From NCBI GenBank assembly GCA_002269645.1, contig NIVC01001605.1:29218-93217 (forward strand): a stretch of DNA of 64,000 nucleotides. Direction: 5' to 3'. The stretch is from Macrostomum lignano. Lineage: Eukaryota. Under the pieces are notes generated by a model. It worked only from the letters and a program-made list of their open reading frames with translations, was not told the DNA's origin and ran no database searches. A program made the position numbers and the translations under genes. Below, piece after piece: positions 38,781 through 50,609 of this stretch. Numbering within the stretch: position 1 is the stretch's first letter; every line of letters begins with the position of its first letter.

Positions 38781-40045
38781 TGGCCAGATCGGCCAACTCG
38801 GCCGATTGTTGCGCATGTATGAGGGGGAGGACAACTGCCCCACTTTCTGTCCCCTCCTTGGCTTTGGTTGTGCCATTATCTAATCCAAATAGGGCCCTGA
38901 GTTATTAGCCAATGGCTTTGAAGCTTAAGCTAAGGCAATTAAAATAACTTGAGCCAAATAGCAATACAAAGCTTTTGAGCAATACTTAGAAAAGGCTAAC
39001 TAAAGGAAGATTATTTAAAGTAAGCTTGATAGCATTCAACATGATATAGCAAAGCAGTAGCAAGCCAAGTTGATAAAGAAAGTAATAATGCCTAACCTAA
39101 GGGATGTTAAATGCTACATTAAGAGGCTTTGCTACAAACTACTATAGTGAAGGTCTAAAATATGCCAATTATCCCCTTTTTCAAGCCAGACACTTTAACC
39201 TTACCCCCTAGGGCATATACATTATATACTCTTGCATAAGCCCTGAACCCTTTCCTTGCATGCATCTTATATTCATCCTATCATATATCCTTGCACTCTC
39301 CAATAGTATACACATACTATTGTGCATACTTAGCCAGGCTGATCTGCAGTAGACACCATCTCCCAATATGCTTATGAGCTGCAATTAGAAAGTTTTTTTG
39401 TTTCATTTATGTAAGCTAATATTTAAACAAATCTTAAAATATGGATACTTTGTCAAGTATGTAAGAACATGGTTCATAGATAAATATTTAATAGAAGTAG
39501 ACTTTTATTCAATTTTAATTTAAGGAATTTTCTTTTTTTAGGGGTTTAAATATGATCTATGCAATCATTATTATTTGGTACACAGATATTGAATATGAAA
39601 AGTGTCTCTTATTTATTAACATCTGTTTATTTATTCTTTTCAGTAATTTCCTTTTGTGCCAAGTAAAGGCTTCTGCTATTGAAACTAACAGTTGGGTATG
39701 CATGCAAGTATTTCACTTGCAGTCATAACATCATGGAGACATTTCTCTGAGTCTGAGTTCTGATTGACTTATAACTTGATAGATTGGTAAGTAAAATTAA
39801 AATTAAAAATGTGTACCTGTTCAATAGTAGAATGTTATGGTTATGCTCGTATTTCTATATGAGTTTACATAGATTGCATAATTATATCTAAATAAGTTTT
39901 TGTGTGCTAAATAGAATGGCTAGATTTTGTGTGTATTTTTAATTAGATTTACTAATAAACCATTGTATTAATATTTCTACTGGCTAAACCCATCTAAAGC
40001 TGTTAGATTAACATTTTTAGTGGTTAGATAGAAGACACAGTTTGG

Positions 40046-40118
40046 TGAATATGATGAACAAAACTAATTGTCTGCATGCAAATTGAAGACGTTTTAATCA
40101 CCAAGATCGCTGAGACTC
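40046..40118 (+). ncRNA. SNORD24: Box C/D snoRNA U24, copy 1
   Basis: Box C ATGATGA 40051, C' TGAAGAC, guide ATCACCAAGATCG, box D CTGA 40110-40113. The guide pairs with LSU rRNA GAUCUUGGUGGU. Confidence 0.85.
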
Positions 40119-40292
40119 ATGATTATGCTAGCCAATATAAATTATTACTTCAGAGTTGCAAATGCATAATTTATTTGTGTTTTCCCTTTCATTTTTTGTC
40201 AGGTCATCTGGTGCTGGTCGAGTCAAGTTTTATGGATTCTCGTGTAAGTTAATTCACATCTTCTACTTCTACTATAAGTAGTTCAATAAGAT

Positions 40293-40366
40293 TTTGAACT
40301 GATGAGAAATTAATAATTGCTTGAGTCGCTATGAAGACTTGTTATCACCAAGATCGCTGATGAAAA
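40293..40366 (+). ncRNA. SNORD24: Box C/D snoRNA U24, copy 2
   Basis: Box C CTGATGA 40299, same guide, box D 40357-40360, terminal ATTTT/AAAAT stem. Confidence 0.85.
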
Positions 40367-40554
40367 TATATAATTGCATTGATGAATTTGTTTTTAAATA
40401 GTTCTGAAATACTTGTGTAACTTTAACAAAATTTCTGTTTTTTTAGAACAGACATGGCCTGGAGATATGTTGATTTGGTAAGTTTTAGATCAATGCTTTT
40501 AGTGTCATTAAAATTCACTCTGTTGTACTTATTTTTGAGTAGTAATTCCAGTAT

Positions 40555-40634
40555 TATTTATGATGAAAATATTAACTGTCTTGAAGTCCGTCAGGTCAAT
40601 GAAGACTGTTTATCACCAAGATCGCTGAAAATAT
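40555..40634 (+). ncRNA. SNORD24: Box C/D snoRNA U24, copy 3
   Basis: Box C ATGATGA 40560, same guide, box D 40625-40628, terminal TATTT/AAATA stem. Confidence 0.85.
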
Positions 40635-40807
40635 TTGTTTCTAAAAAATAAAAAATTCATTTATTTTAGTTAATTTATTTAAACAGTTTAGTTTATTAAA
40701 ATTTTCGTTGCAGATGGAGATTCGCATTAAAACTTGTGCTGCATCACTCATACAAACTAAAGGGTAAGAAATTGAAATTATTTTATTTTTTTATCTTACA
40801 ATTCGCC

Positions 40808-40941
40808 ACAATATGATGCTATACTTGAATTTCTTCACCTGATTAGCAAATAATAAATCGGCAGTTGACACATTTTTAATTCTATTTTTGTGTTTTGTGC
40901 CAATTTATTTTCTGTGAAGAGCATTTTGACATCTGATTATA
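40808..40941 (+). ncRNA. SNORD36: Box C/D snoRNA U36C/snR47-like
   Basis: Box C variant ATGATGC 40813; D' guide TTGAATTTCTTCAC + CTGA (40839-40842), complementary to LSU GUGAAGAAAUUCAA; C' GTGAAGA 40914; box D 40933-40936. Confidence 0.75.
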
Positions 40942-41457
40942 AAATTTTAAACACCTGTTTATACTATTGGAATTTTAATATATTTTATGTCAAATTATTA
41001 CCGTTTCTTCTTACCTTTCATTCTCCAGGCTGTGCATCTTCGGAACGACTGATCTGCTTTATCAGTGTACTGCCAGTGAATTACTGTCTTCACGCCTTTT
41101 TATGGAACAGTATTGTCTATCGCGTCACATATTTAAACTGTCTAATTGCATTTTATCAAATATACTTCGAAAAGAATTTTTATCTTTTCTAAAAAAATTC
41201 CCGAATTGCAATTAGTCTCTTCCTGCAAGCGTTTATTTTTTACAAAGTAGTAAAATTATGATTGAAGGCTCCACACGCCGAGTCGTGGTATAATTATTTA
41301 ATTAAAAACTCATGTCACTTTAAAACACTGAGGTAAATGCCTAGGTGTGTGGGATTACTTTTCTGGGGGTTGGGCAGGTGTTGTGCACTGATATTTTGCA
41401 GCTCGGTGGACACCTGACACCTTAATTGTCCATTCGTTCCTCCATTCTGAAAGAATC

Positions 41458-42160
41458 GCCCCCCCCCATCAAACACCCACCCACCTGCATCAGGAATGGC
41501 CCCATCAGACACCCACCCACCTGCATCAGGAATGGCACCATCAAACACCCACCCACCTGCATCAGGAATGGCCCCATCAAACACCCACCCACCTGCATCA
41601 GGAATGGCCCCATCAAACACCCACCCACCTGCATCAGGAATGGCCCCATCAAACACCCACCCACCTGCATCAGGAATGGCCCCATCAGACACCCACCCAC
41701 CTGCATCAGGAATGGCACCATCAAACACCCACATCTGCATCAGGAATGGCCCCATCAAACACCCACCCACCTGCATCAGGAATGGCACCATCAAACACCC
41801 ACCCACCTGCATCAGGAATGGCCCCATCAGACACCCACCCACCTGCATCAGGAATGGCACCATCAAACACCCACCCACCTGCATCAGGAATGGCCCCATC
41901 AAACACCCACACCTGCATCAGGAATGGCCCCATCAAACACCCACCCACCTGCATCAGGAATGGCACCCTCAAACACCCACACCTGCATCAGGAATGGCCC
42001 CATCATACACCCACCCACCTGCATCAGGAATGGCCCCATCAAACACCCACACCTGCATCAGGAATGGCCCCATCAAACACCCACCCACCTGCATCAGGAA
42101 TGGCACCATCAGACACCCACCCACCTGCATCAGGAATGGCACCATCAAACACCCACCTGT
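41458..42160. repeat. 36-bp minisatellite (with 32-bp variants), about 20 copies
   Basis: Unit cccatcaaacacccacccacctgcatcaggaatggc. Confidence 0.95.
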
Positions 42161-42509
42161 ATCAGCTGTGAGAGTCATCACAAGAAGGGCAGATTAAAAG
42201 CAACGTGTTCTAACCGTTGGCGTCTTACAATGTAAATCACACGGTATATTATTCCCATATTTCGGTATTTTACAACCTACTACAGCCTCGTGTCAAACGC
42301 CTTCAAGACCATTCAACTCCCAGCGATGCAAAAAAATTACCGACTGTCTATTCTGCAGTTTATTAATTTTAGGAAAAAGGCAATTTTATTTCACCAAGTG
42401 AGTACAAACAAATGAACTTTCGTTAGTAAAAAAATAAATAACTTTCTATCGTCTGTGCAGAGATGAGCTGCCGAGCTTTCCCTCACCGTGTCAAATGGAG
42501 TCGTCGCTC

Positions 42510-43571
42510 TTAGATGTCGCGCAGCTCGTTCCAGAACAGGTTTGCCAGCGCAGACGGGTCTCTTTGCATCGGTCGCAGCAGGAAAAAACTGCCAGGGGAT
42601 TTGCTATCATCGTTCAGCCGCTCGATCTGCAGTATGCTGCTGATATTGTTGTAGACGCCGCAGTAGCCAGGCGCGCTGAACACGGTGACGCAGCGTCTGT
42701 TCAACTGTGACTGATAGCCGTTCATAGCCACCTGATGGCCTCTGATCAGCATCTGAGTCTGGAACAGCCGCATCACCTCTTCTAGAGCTTGACCAGAGAA
42801 TGAGAACGAACAGCCGCGCTTGTTTGGCAGCCACTTGGCCTCAGTCAGAGTCTCGTTGCTCTGGCTGAACTGGGCGCTGAACGCGGTGCCAATTGGGTCC
42901 GACCACATGATGTCGCACAGGATGCCGGGCCTGACCGGTTCCACCGGCTTCTTGCACTCGTTCAACGCCTGGACATTGGCCTGCTGCCCGCCTCGAAGGT
43001 TAAATGGTTGCAGCATGAAGTTTGGCGAGATGCCGCCGTGACAGCAGAAGATCTGGCCATCAATGATGGCGCACATCGGCATCCACTGGAAGGTCCTGAC
43101 GAATCCGCCAAGCACTTTGTGTGCCTGAATTCGCACCATTCGTTGGCCGATTTCGTCTTTGAATCCGTACCTGCAGCAGATGTTGGCCGTCTCGTGGTTG
43201 CCTCGGAGCAGGTACACCGAGTTCGGGTACAGCAGCATCAGCACAAACAGCAGCGTCATCACCTCGAGCGAATACTTGCCTCGGTCGATGTAGTCGCCGA
43301 GGAACAGAAAGCGCGACTCGGGCGGCTGGCCGAGCGCGTCGAATATTCGAAGCAGATCGTGGAACTGGCCGTGCAAGTCGCCCACAATGTTGATTGGCGT
43401 CTTGATGTGGATGCAGATGTCTGTGGATCTCATTGCCTCCATGGCCATGTGGCACACTGAAAGGCACTCAGCCGCAGTGAGTGGTACGTGATTTTCAACA
43501 TCCTCAGTGTCAAATGTGAGCAACCGGTTGGCCAGGTCTTTCAGGTCGACGTTCTGAAGCACTCGGGCCAT
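42510..43571 (-). CDS. Intronless PPP-family (PP1-like) phosphatase B, 353 aa, paralog of 18785-19846
   Basis: Same motif set, same length, collinear with A. Confidence 0.95.
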   Translation of the reverse strand: MARVLQNVDLKDLANRLLTFDTEDVENHVPLTAAECLSVCHMAMEAMRSTDICIHIKTPINIVGDLHGQFHDLLRIFDALGQPPESRFLFLGDYIDRGKYSLEVMTLLFVLMLLYPNSVYLLRGNHETANICCRYGFKDEIGQRMVRIQAHKVLGGFVRTFQWMPMCAIIDGQIFCCHGGISPNFMLQPFNLRGGQQANVQALNECKKPVEPVRPGILCDIMWSDPIGTAFSAQFSQSNETLTEAKWLPNKRGCSFSFSGQALEEVMRLFQTQMLIRGHQVAMNGYQSQLNRRCVTVFSAPGYCGVYNNISSILQIERLNDDSKSPGSFFLLRPMQRDPSALANLFWNELRDI

Positions 43572-44443
43572 TTATTGCCGTTTCAATATTCTTCCTTTAT
43601 TCTGGCCAGCCCGGCCAGAATTATCCAGGATTTTATTTCAGGGTTTTTCGCTAAACTCACTTTAGCTTGCAAAATTACACAATAGTGCAAACTGCCAACT
43701 CTGAGGCTACCCCAGTGCAAGCGAGTGAATGTGCCATAGACAGCGCACGAAGTCCGAAGTGAAAAAATCAGGTTAGGTTTATTTTAATTACTGGTATTCG
43801 ATCCGAGCAGTGGCGTTTAAATTGAGTAGCAGATCAATTGACCATTTTTAGTGAAAGTCTATTTCATAATTATTAAGTATTGTCGCGCAGAGTAAAATTT
43901 ATAGAAGCAGAATAGCAAATTGATAAAAAAATAAAATCGCTAAGGATAAAATTATCTTTGATTATACCATATTTTACTGTATCACGGCAAGTCAGAAACA
44001 TAAATCTATCGTCAAATTTGTAATAAACAACTAGAAGAGGAGGCAAGCAAAAAAGTTGCAATATAACAAAGCTTCTGGATAAAAGTCTTCAGTACAGATG
44101 ATTGAAAAAAATATCTAAGAAATCTTATTAAAAATTATAACAAGGCTAAGTTAATAGCATTACAAAAATGGATGCAAGATTAAATTCATCATTAAAAGTT
44201 GTAAAAACTCTTGTAAAACATTTCATATTTGTTTTGGTTAAAGTCTGCAATATGCTAGTACCTATACTCTACGCAAGGGAAAATCACACTGATTTCACAG
44301 GAACGATGGGTTAGTGAAAATCTTATTTTGGCATATCCACGAGTCCCCGAATGTATAGGAATCTAGCAATCAGTTATTGGTGTACTTTGCATATTTATGC
44401 TAACTTATCGTGAAACCATCTTGCTACTAGTCTGGGTGGCGCT

Positions 44444-46318
44444 TCAAGTTGGAGTACTGGAGGGACCCGGTAGATCAGGTATTTCTTGAATATCTCCTCC
44501 GTTATTGTCAGCAGCATCAAGAAGACGAACACTTTCGATGTAGGTCGTATTATCTTGCCTCAATTCCAACTTTGCCAGGTGTCTTCTGATCTCGTCCAGG
44601 CAGCCGACACTGTGGAATCTGTACAATATTGAGTACGGCAAGAAATAAAGGATCTTTGCTCCAAGTGGAATAGATGAACTCCAATCCTTGATAGGATCTG
44701 TGTCGACAATCATTACAAAGCTGGAAAAAGTGAACATCAGCCACTCTGACAAGTTGATCAGCATCATGGCGACAGAACACTGCTTTAACCAGTAAATATT
44801 TGAAGTGGCATGGATTGTCCAGTCGAACGCCAGAGTCAGTGCTAATACTTCTAATTGCAAGAAGGTGTCAATTATACCAAATGGCAGCAGGTCTACCAGA
44901 GCCACAACAAATGGAGCGGAGTTATTGGCGGGTGCACCATTGAAATTAACTTGCGTGGGATCGATAATGCTCTGAACGTTGTATACCAATAAAAAAGAAT
45001 TGGTAAAAAATATGTCAGTACATGCAGTCATGAACAATAGATTGATGTCCACTGCGTGACGTCTTAGCCGCTGTTGATCAACAGGGTTCTGAGGCTGCCT
45101 GCAAAGATAGAGTCTGCCTAAAATATTCAAATTTTGTCTTAGAACATTGGAGTCCGGATTCTGATAGCCAACCCGAAAACAATAAATCAAAGGGAACGCA
45201 TTGGCAATGTGCAAGAACATCATAACAAAGTAGAATAAGATGTACTGTTGCATATGGTTAAGAGACCGGAAATAGAAGATGTAAATGAGAGTAGCTGTCA
45301 GTGGGATCAGGCCAAGCCCCAAGCCGCACCAATACTGGGCCACGGTGTCGGTTTCCACTGCCCGATCGTGCAAATTTTCGTGCAAATTTTGGCTCAGCAA
45401 TCTCTGCAAATCGTCTTCATTTGCGACACGATGCTCTCGAAATAGTTTAGCCAAATGACGAATGTTTATCGCCCAGAAAATGCCGAAAATGGCGCAGAGA
45501 ATGGAATATTCAGCGGTTAACGGAACGATGTATGGCAGAAGTTTGTCTGATGCAGACGATTCGCTTGTTGAATGATTGCTGAACTGTTCAAAGACTTCAG
45601 AGTTAACGCTTAATATCCAAGACACAAGGTTTGTGCTGATTAGATTGGCCATTAGAATAAAGAATAAAATTGAGAATTTATTCGGACTCTGGTTGCCATA
45701 CAATGCAAAGAATATGGTCTGAAGTATAGTAAACGCGACTTGTAGGATTGGAATTAGAAGCTTGTCAAGTATCCACGAGAAACTTGGATGCGAGCTGCAG
45801 TGGATAAGCTGGATAAAACCGTCAATGGATTTTATGCCATTTCCAACGACGACGAACAGGCCCAGCAAAATGCAGGCGGCTAGCAGGAATGTGGAAGGCA
45901 CGAAAGCGTGCTTATCCAGCACAGGAATCCAGTATGAGAGCCCTTGGAGCAACCAATTTTTGCCTTCCACTGACACTCTGACATTGTCAAGCTTCTTTTT
46001 GTTAAACAACCGATACAAACAAAACAGCAAAGACAGTAAGGCCAGAGCCAACAATAAAAGGACTAAACGAAACATTTCCGACCATAATAGCTTGAAGTCA
46101 GCACAATTCTCGTCCCCTCTCTCCATGTTGTTGTCTCTTACCACGAGAAGCGTACTCACCAGTGGTAAGATCACTAGTAAGCTGATGATGATCAAAAAAA
46201 AATATAACAGCTGGAGGAGCTTGCAGTATTTTTTCATCCTGCTGCTTATTAGTGTAACTTCAGTCTGCTCATCCTCACTCCTAAGCAAGCGGTCGGCTTC
46301 GCTTCCACCTGATGACAT
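44444..46318 (-). CDS. otop: Otopetrin-family proton channel, intronless, 624 aa
   Basis: About 12 hydrophobic segments; otopetrin signatures FTILQTIF, STNLVSWI, PYIVPLTAEYSI, INLSEWL, ILYRFHSVGCL. Confidence 0.85.
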   Translation of the reverse strand: MSSGGSEADRLLRSEDEQTEVTLISSRMKKYCKLLQLLYFFLIIISLLVILPLVSTLLVVRDNNMERGDENCADFKLLWSEMFRLVLLLLALALLSLLFCLYRLFNKKKLDNVRVSVEGKNWLLQGLSYWIPVLDKHAFVPSTFLLAACILLGLFVVVGNGIKSIDGFIQLIHCSSHPSFSWILDKLLIPILQVAFTILQTIFFALYGNQSPNKFSILFFILMANLISTNLVSWILSVNSEVFEQFSNHSTSESSASDKLLPYIVPLTAEYSILCAIFGIFWAINIRHLAKLFREHRVANEDDLQRLLSQNLHENLHDRAVETDTVAQYWCGLGLGLIPLTATLIYIFYFRSLNHMQQYILFYFVMMFLHIANAFPLIYCFRVGYQNPDSNVLRQNLNILGRLYLCRQPQNPVDQQRLRRHAVDINLLFMTACTDIFFTNSFLLVYNVQSIIDPTQVNFNGAPANNSAPFVVALVDLLPFGIIDTFLQLEVLALTLAFDWTIHATSNIYWLKQCSVAMMLINLSEWLMFTFSSFVMIVDTDPIKDWSSSIPLGAKILYFLPYSILYRFHSVGCLDEIRRHLAKLELRQDNTTYIESVRLLDAADNNGGDIQEIPDLPGPSSTPT

Positions 46319-47857
46319 GACCGAAAATGCTGCAATAACACTGTGGTGGCTCAGGATATCGCTTAAACAGTTCGTAATTCGTTAAGCTTAGACGAAGCCG
46401 AAGATAAATGAAAATAACAGCTTCTTATAGTAAGGTACTTTGCAAATCTGCCTCTGGTAATTGGATGTCTACTTTTAAAACAAACAATTAAGACGGGGTG
46501 CAGTTAACTAAAAGCAATGCCGCTCAAGACTCAGATTCCATATATTTAATATTTTTTTCTACAATTCTGTGGGGGGCCGGCCCGCGCATCCACCCCTCAG
46601 TTGCCACGCCAGGTTCCTGGGCCAGCGAATTACCGTCTCGCCTTTTGATGTCTGGCTGAAATGGATGAGAGCTGAAGTGTTTGCTGTGCACTGCTTGTAC
46701 TCGTACTATTGTAGACCCCACCCCGCCTGTTAGCCCATTTCTATTGTTCTAGCTCTTACCTTGTGCCTACTCAAATTCCCCTACCTTGCTTCTTGCCCTT
46801 ATAGACTTCATCTGCTTTTGAGTATATTCTTCTAAACTTCTGAGGCCTATATGCAGCGAATGCCCTTTACCCTAGTTCCTCTTTATGTGAATCCTTGCAT
46901 TAGAATAAAAAATGCGAGTATAGCACACAAACGCACTTTCTTAAAAAGAAAATCAGAAGCCACAAGTTTCTATAGTTACGAGTAAAGTTGACTTTTAGAT
47001 TGTTCCGGTTTGCTTGGATCGAAGAAAAAAGTGCCCCAATAATAACAAAATTAATTGTACATGTACAAATATACATGCGCACTGTGCATTGCGAATGCAT
47101 TTGGCATACGGCAGAATGTCCTGCAGATTTAAACTGCATTGCGGACTGAAGTTTACCAAAAAGGCTCCAGAGCAGTAAGGTCTGCTGTGATGAAAATACC
47201 AAGTTCTGTTTCCAAAATGTCTGGCTGCAACAGTAGAATGGATCCAACATGGTGCTGTAATGCTGTAACTTTTATGTATGCGACTGAGTACACATTTTAA
47301 CAAAATCGAATTTCCTAAGTGCTAATAACATTGTTTTTTAGTTTAGTTAGTAAAGATAGATACAAAGAATAATTTTAGTAGTAGAGATAATCAAATATAG
47401 AGACACTGGAAGTAGGAAAATAAAAAAGATACGAAATTATAAACCGTAATGGTGATTTGGTGATTAGTGATTTGCCGACACTGAACTTCGATTGCCTACA
47501 TATTAATTAATAGCACCTACCAAATGCAGCAAACCAGCAAGCAATATTTTATGATTAAGTACAAAAAACAAACGACTATGCAAACAAGAAATGCAGCTTC
47601 ATAGGACAGAATTCACAATAAACTTGGACAATGACAGCCCTTGAGAGATGAGCGAGTAACCGGTTTTATTTTCTCGTTATCTTTTGCTTGCGTGTCAGAA
47701 AGACTCTTAAAACACACTGCTGGCTTACATCTCAAAACTCACAGCCTTAGCCTAAAACTCCAGCTTCGTTATTCTATGAGGTCGGCTGTTTGGATAGCTG
47801 GGGTCAAGACAAGTAGAAGGCTGTTGTTTTTTTCGCTCCGGTGTTGAGCACTTTTCC

Positions 47858-49955
47858 AGTGGCTTCGAGCTCCCGCTCAGAGACAACTTCAATTCAACAA
47901 AATCAGCGAACCGAAACAGCTCAGAGCTGCGTATGAGTGGCCTCTGCGGCTCTGTGCTGCTCAGTAATGCTGGGTTTTAGTTGCTCTTGCTGTTGAATTG
48001 CAGCTTCCATTGTTAATGTGGGGCTGTCGACACTCAAAAAGCTCTAAAAACTTTTTGCCCATTCAATAATTGCTACAGCAATGCCCCAAGCCTGAGACTG
48101 GGTGCGTCATCAACTCCTGCCAATCCTCCATCTCGTGTTTGGACGGTGCGGGGCTGCAACATGATGAGGAAAGAGAAAATAATTTGTTATTCTTGCCTGG
48201 GCAGAGTTGGTCCTGCGGACAATAAGGCTGGGCCAGCGAGAGATCAAATGTACAAGTACAAGCTTGTATGTCTGGCTCAGCTTATTCTTGATAAACTTTA
48301 TAAATGATGCAGAGACTCAGACCTGATTGATGTAGAATATCTGCTCAAAGTAAGATCTGTAACACTGACATATGACCTAGTAACATATCCGAAGTGTGTT
48401 ATGTAGACAGAACCGTGTTTACGAGTATCTAGATGTGTGATATGCAGACGTGTGTTTATGCAGGCAGAAGTGTGTCTATGTAGACAGAATTGTGTTTATG
48501 CAAACAGAAGTGTGTTTATGCCGACAGAAATGTGTTTATGCAAACAGAAGTGTGTTTATGCCGACAGAAATGTGTTTATACAGACAAAAAAGTGTTTATG
48601 CAGACAGAAGTGTGTTTATGTAGACAGAATTGTGTTTATGCAAACAGAAGTGTTTTTATGCCGACAGAAATGTGTTTATACAGACAGAAGTGTGTTTATG
48701 CCGACAGAAATGTGTTTATACAGACAGAATTGTGTTTATGCCGACAGAAATGTGTTTATACAGACAGAAGTGTGTTTATGCAGACAGAAATGTGTTTATA
48801 CAGACGGAAATGTGTTTATACAGACAGAAATGTGTTTATGCAGACAGAAACGTGTTTATACAGACAAAAAAGTGTTTATGCAGACAAAAGTGTGTTTATG
48901 CAGACAGAAGTGTGTTTATGCACAAAGAAGCGTGTTTATACAGACAGAAATGTGTTTATGCAGACAGAAGTGTGTTTATGCAGACAGAAGTGTGTTGATA
49001 TAGACAGAGTTGAATTCTGTTAGCCAGAAGGGATTTTTGACACTGATATTTGATGCTCTGCATTTCAATGGCATCTGCAACAACAGAAAAATCACTTCAC
49101 CCGCCAGCCACGCTGTGGCCAAAAAGGGGTGAGAAGTCAGAGAGCGCATCTCTGGGTCATAGCCCTCAAAACGTCACACCCCCAGATTGGTTTCCGGCGC
49201 CAGCATCGGTCAAAAGCCTGTCAGAATATGGCCATCCAAGCAATCTTTCATGATTAAATACAAATATCTAACAAATATGCAAACACTGGAAAGGTAAGAA
49301 ATGTTGTTGATGGAGAAAAAAGATTCAACTATTCTCAATCTTTATGAAAGAAATAATTCACAGATTCACAGATGAAAGAATTCACAATATATGCGGGGAC
49401 AATGAGAGCCTCTCTGACAGATGAGGCAGAGAGATGAAGCACCCAGTGGCTTGGAGCGGCTGTTCTAAGAAAACTTCAATTCAAAACTGCGTATGAGTGG
49501 CCCCTGCGGCTCTGAGCTGCTCACTGATGCTGGATTTTAATTGCTCCTGCTAATGCAGCGGTTACTATTGCAGCTTCCATTGTTAATGCGAGGCTGTCAA
49601 CCACTCGAAAAGTACTAAAAATGTGGCTCATTAAATCATTAATGCAGTTTATACAGCAACTGCAGAGCTGCTCCATTAGGCCTGAGACTGGGTGCGCCAT
49701 CAACCCCTGTCTCTCCTCCATCTCGTGTTCGACGTGGTGCGGCTCTGCAACGTGAGAAGAGAGAGAGAGAGTTGTTTGTTACTCTTGCCAATCGGTAACT
49801 GTGGGTCAGACTTTGTCGAGAGCTGCTTCTGCGGATAATGGGGCTGGGGCAGCGGGAGATAAAAAAAATGTGTATCATGTCTGGCTCAGCTTATTTTTGA
49901 TGAACTTTAAGCATAAGTGGTGCGGAATGTCTGCAGAGAGTCAGACCTGATCCAC
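47858..49955. repeat. Direct duplication (about 47858-48325 vs 49444-49955)
   Basis: Shared ctgcgtatgagtggcc.ctgcggctctg, cctgagactgggtgcg, tgtctggctcagcttatt blocks. Confidence 0.8.
48420..49005. repeat. 20-bp minisatellite (cagacagaagtgtgtttatg), about 29 copies
   Basis: Direct inspection. Confidence 0.95.
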
Positions 49956-50340
49956 TGACAGATTCGCTACTGACAGATCCCCTACTGACAGATCCCCTAC
50001 TGACAGATCCCCTACTGACAGATCCCCTACTGACAGATCCCCTGCTGACAGATCCCCTACTGACAGATCCCCTGCTGACAGATCCCCTACTGACAGATCC
50101 CCTACTGACAGATCCCCTTCTGACAGATCCCCTACTGACAGATCCCCTGCTGACAGATCCCCTGCTGACAGATCCCCTACTGACAGATCCCCTACTGACA
50201 GATCCCCTACTGACAGATCCCCTACTGACAGATCCCCTACTGACAGATCCCCTACTGACAGATCCCCTACTGACAGATCCCCTACTGACAGATCCCCTAC
50301 TGACAGATCCCCTACTGACAGATCCCCTACTGACAGAACC
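49955..50340. repeat. 15-bp minisatellite (cctactgacagatcc), about 25 copies
   Basis: Direct inspection. Confidence 0.95.
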
Positions 50341-50595
50341 CCTGGCAGATACCTTGTCAATATACATGTATTCTAAATTAATTATCAAGTGCACACGTGC
50401 AGTAAAAGTGCATGAATGGACTCAAAAGTTTTCAAGTCATTTCGACTCATTAAGTAGCCTCAGATGCTGCAGTCGCTGGCACGCAACTCAAATTTGAAAT
50501 AAAATACTCATTTATCACAGACTACTGTTGGTAGGATTGGGTGAGGCCGCCTTCTGGTTCAATATAACAAATTGTTCTTAATCGAGTTGTTAATC

Positions 50596-50609
50596 GTTAC
50601 CATGGCAAC
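50596..50609. promoter_or_regulatory. Canonical RFX X-box GTTACCATGGCAAC
   Basis: Exact fit to the X-box consensus, about 810 bp upstream of the ANK-cGLR ATG. Function not shown. Confidence 0.45.

Larger units (their letters stand above)
39723..41200 (+). ncRNA. Spliced snoRNA host transcript; exons ending 39786, then 40203-40243, 40452-40477, 40714-40763, 41029 onward
   Basis: Strong GTAAGT/GTAAGA donors and pyrimidine-tract/CAG acceptors. One C/D snoRNA per intron. No convincing ORF. 5' and 3' ends uncertain. Confidence 0.7.

Noticed and set aside
40299-40312. CTGATGAGAAA as a hammerhead core
   Set aside because: No stem II; it is box C of U24 copy 2.
45762-46385. 207-aa plus-strand ORF
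   Set aside because: Antisense to otopetrin, with no recognisable motifs.
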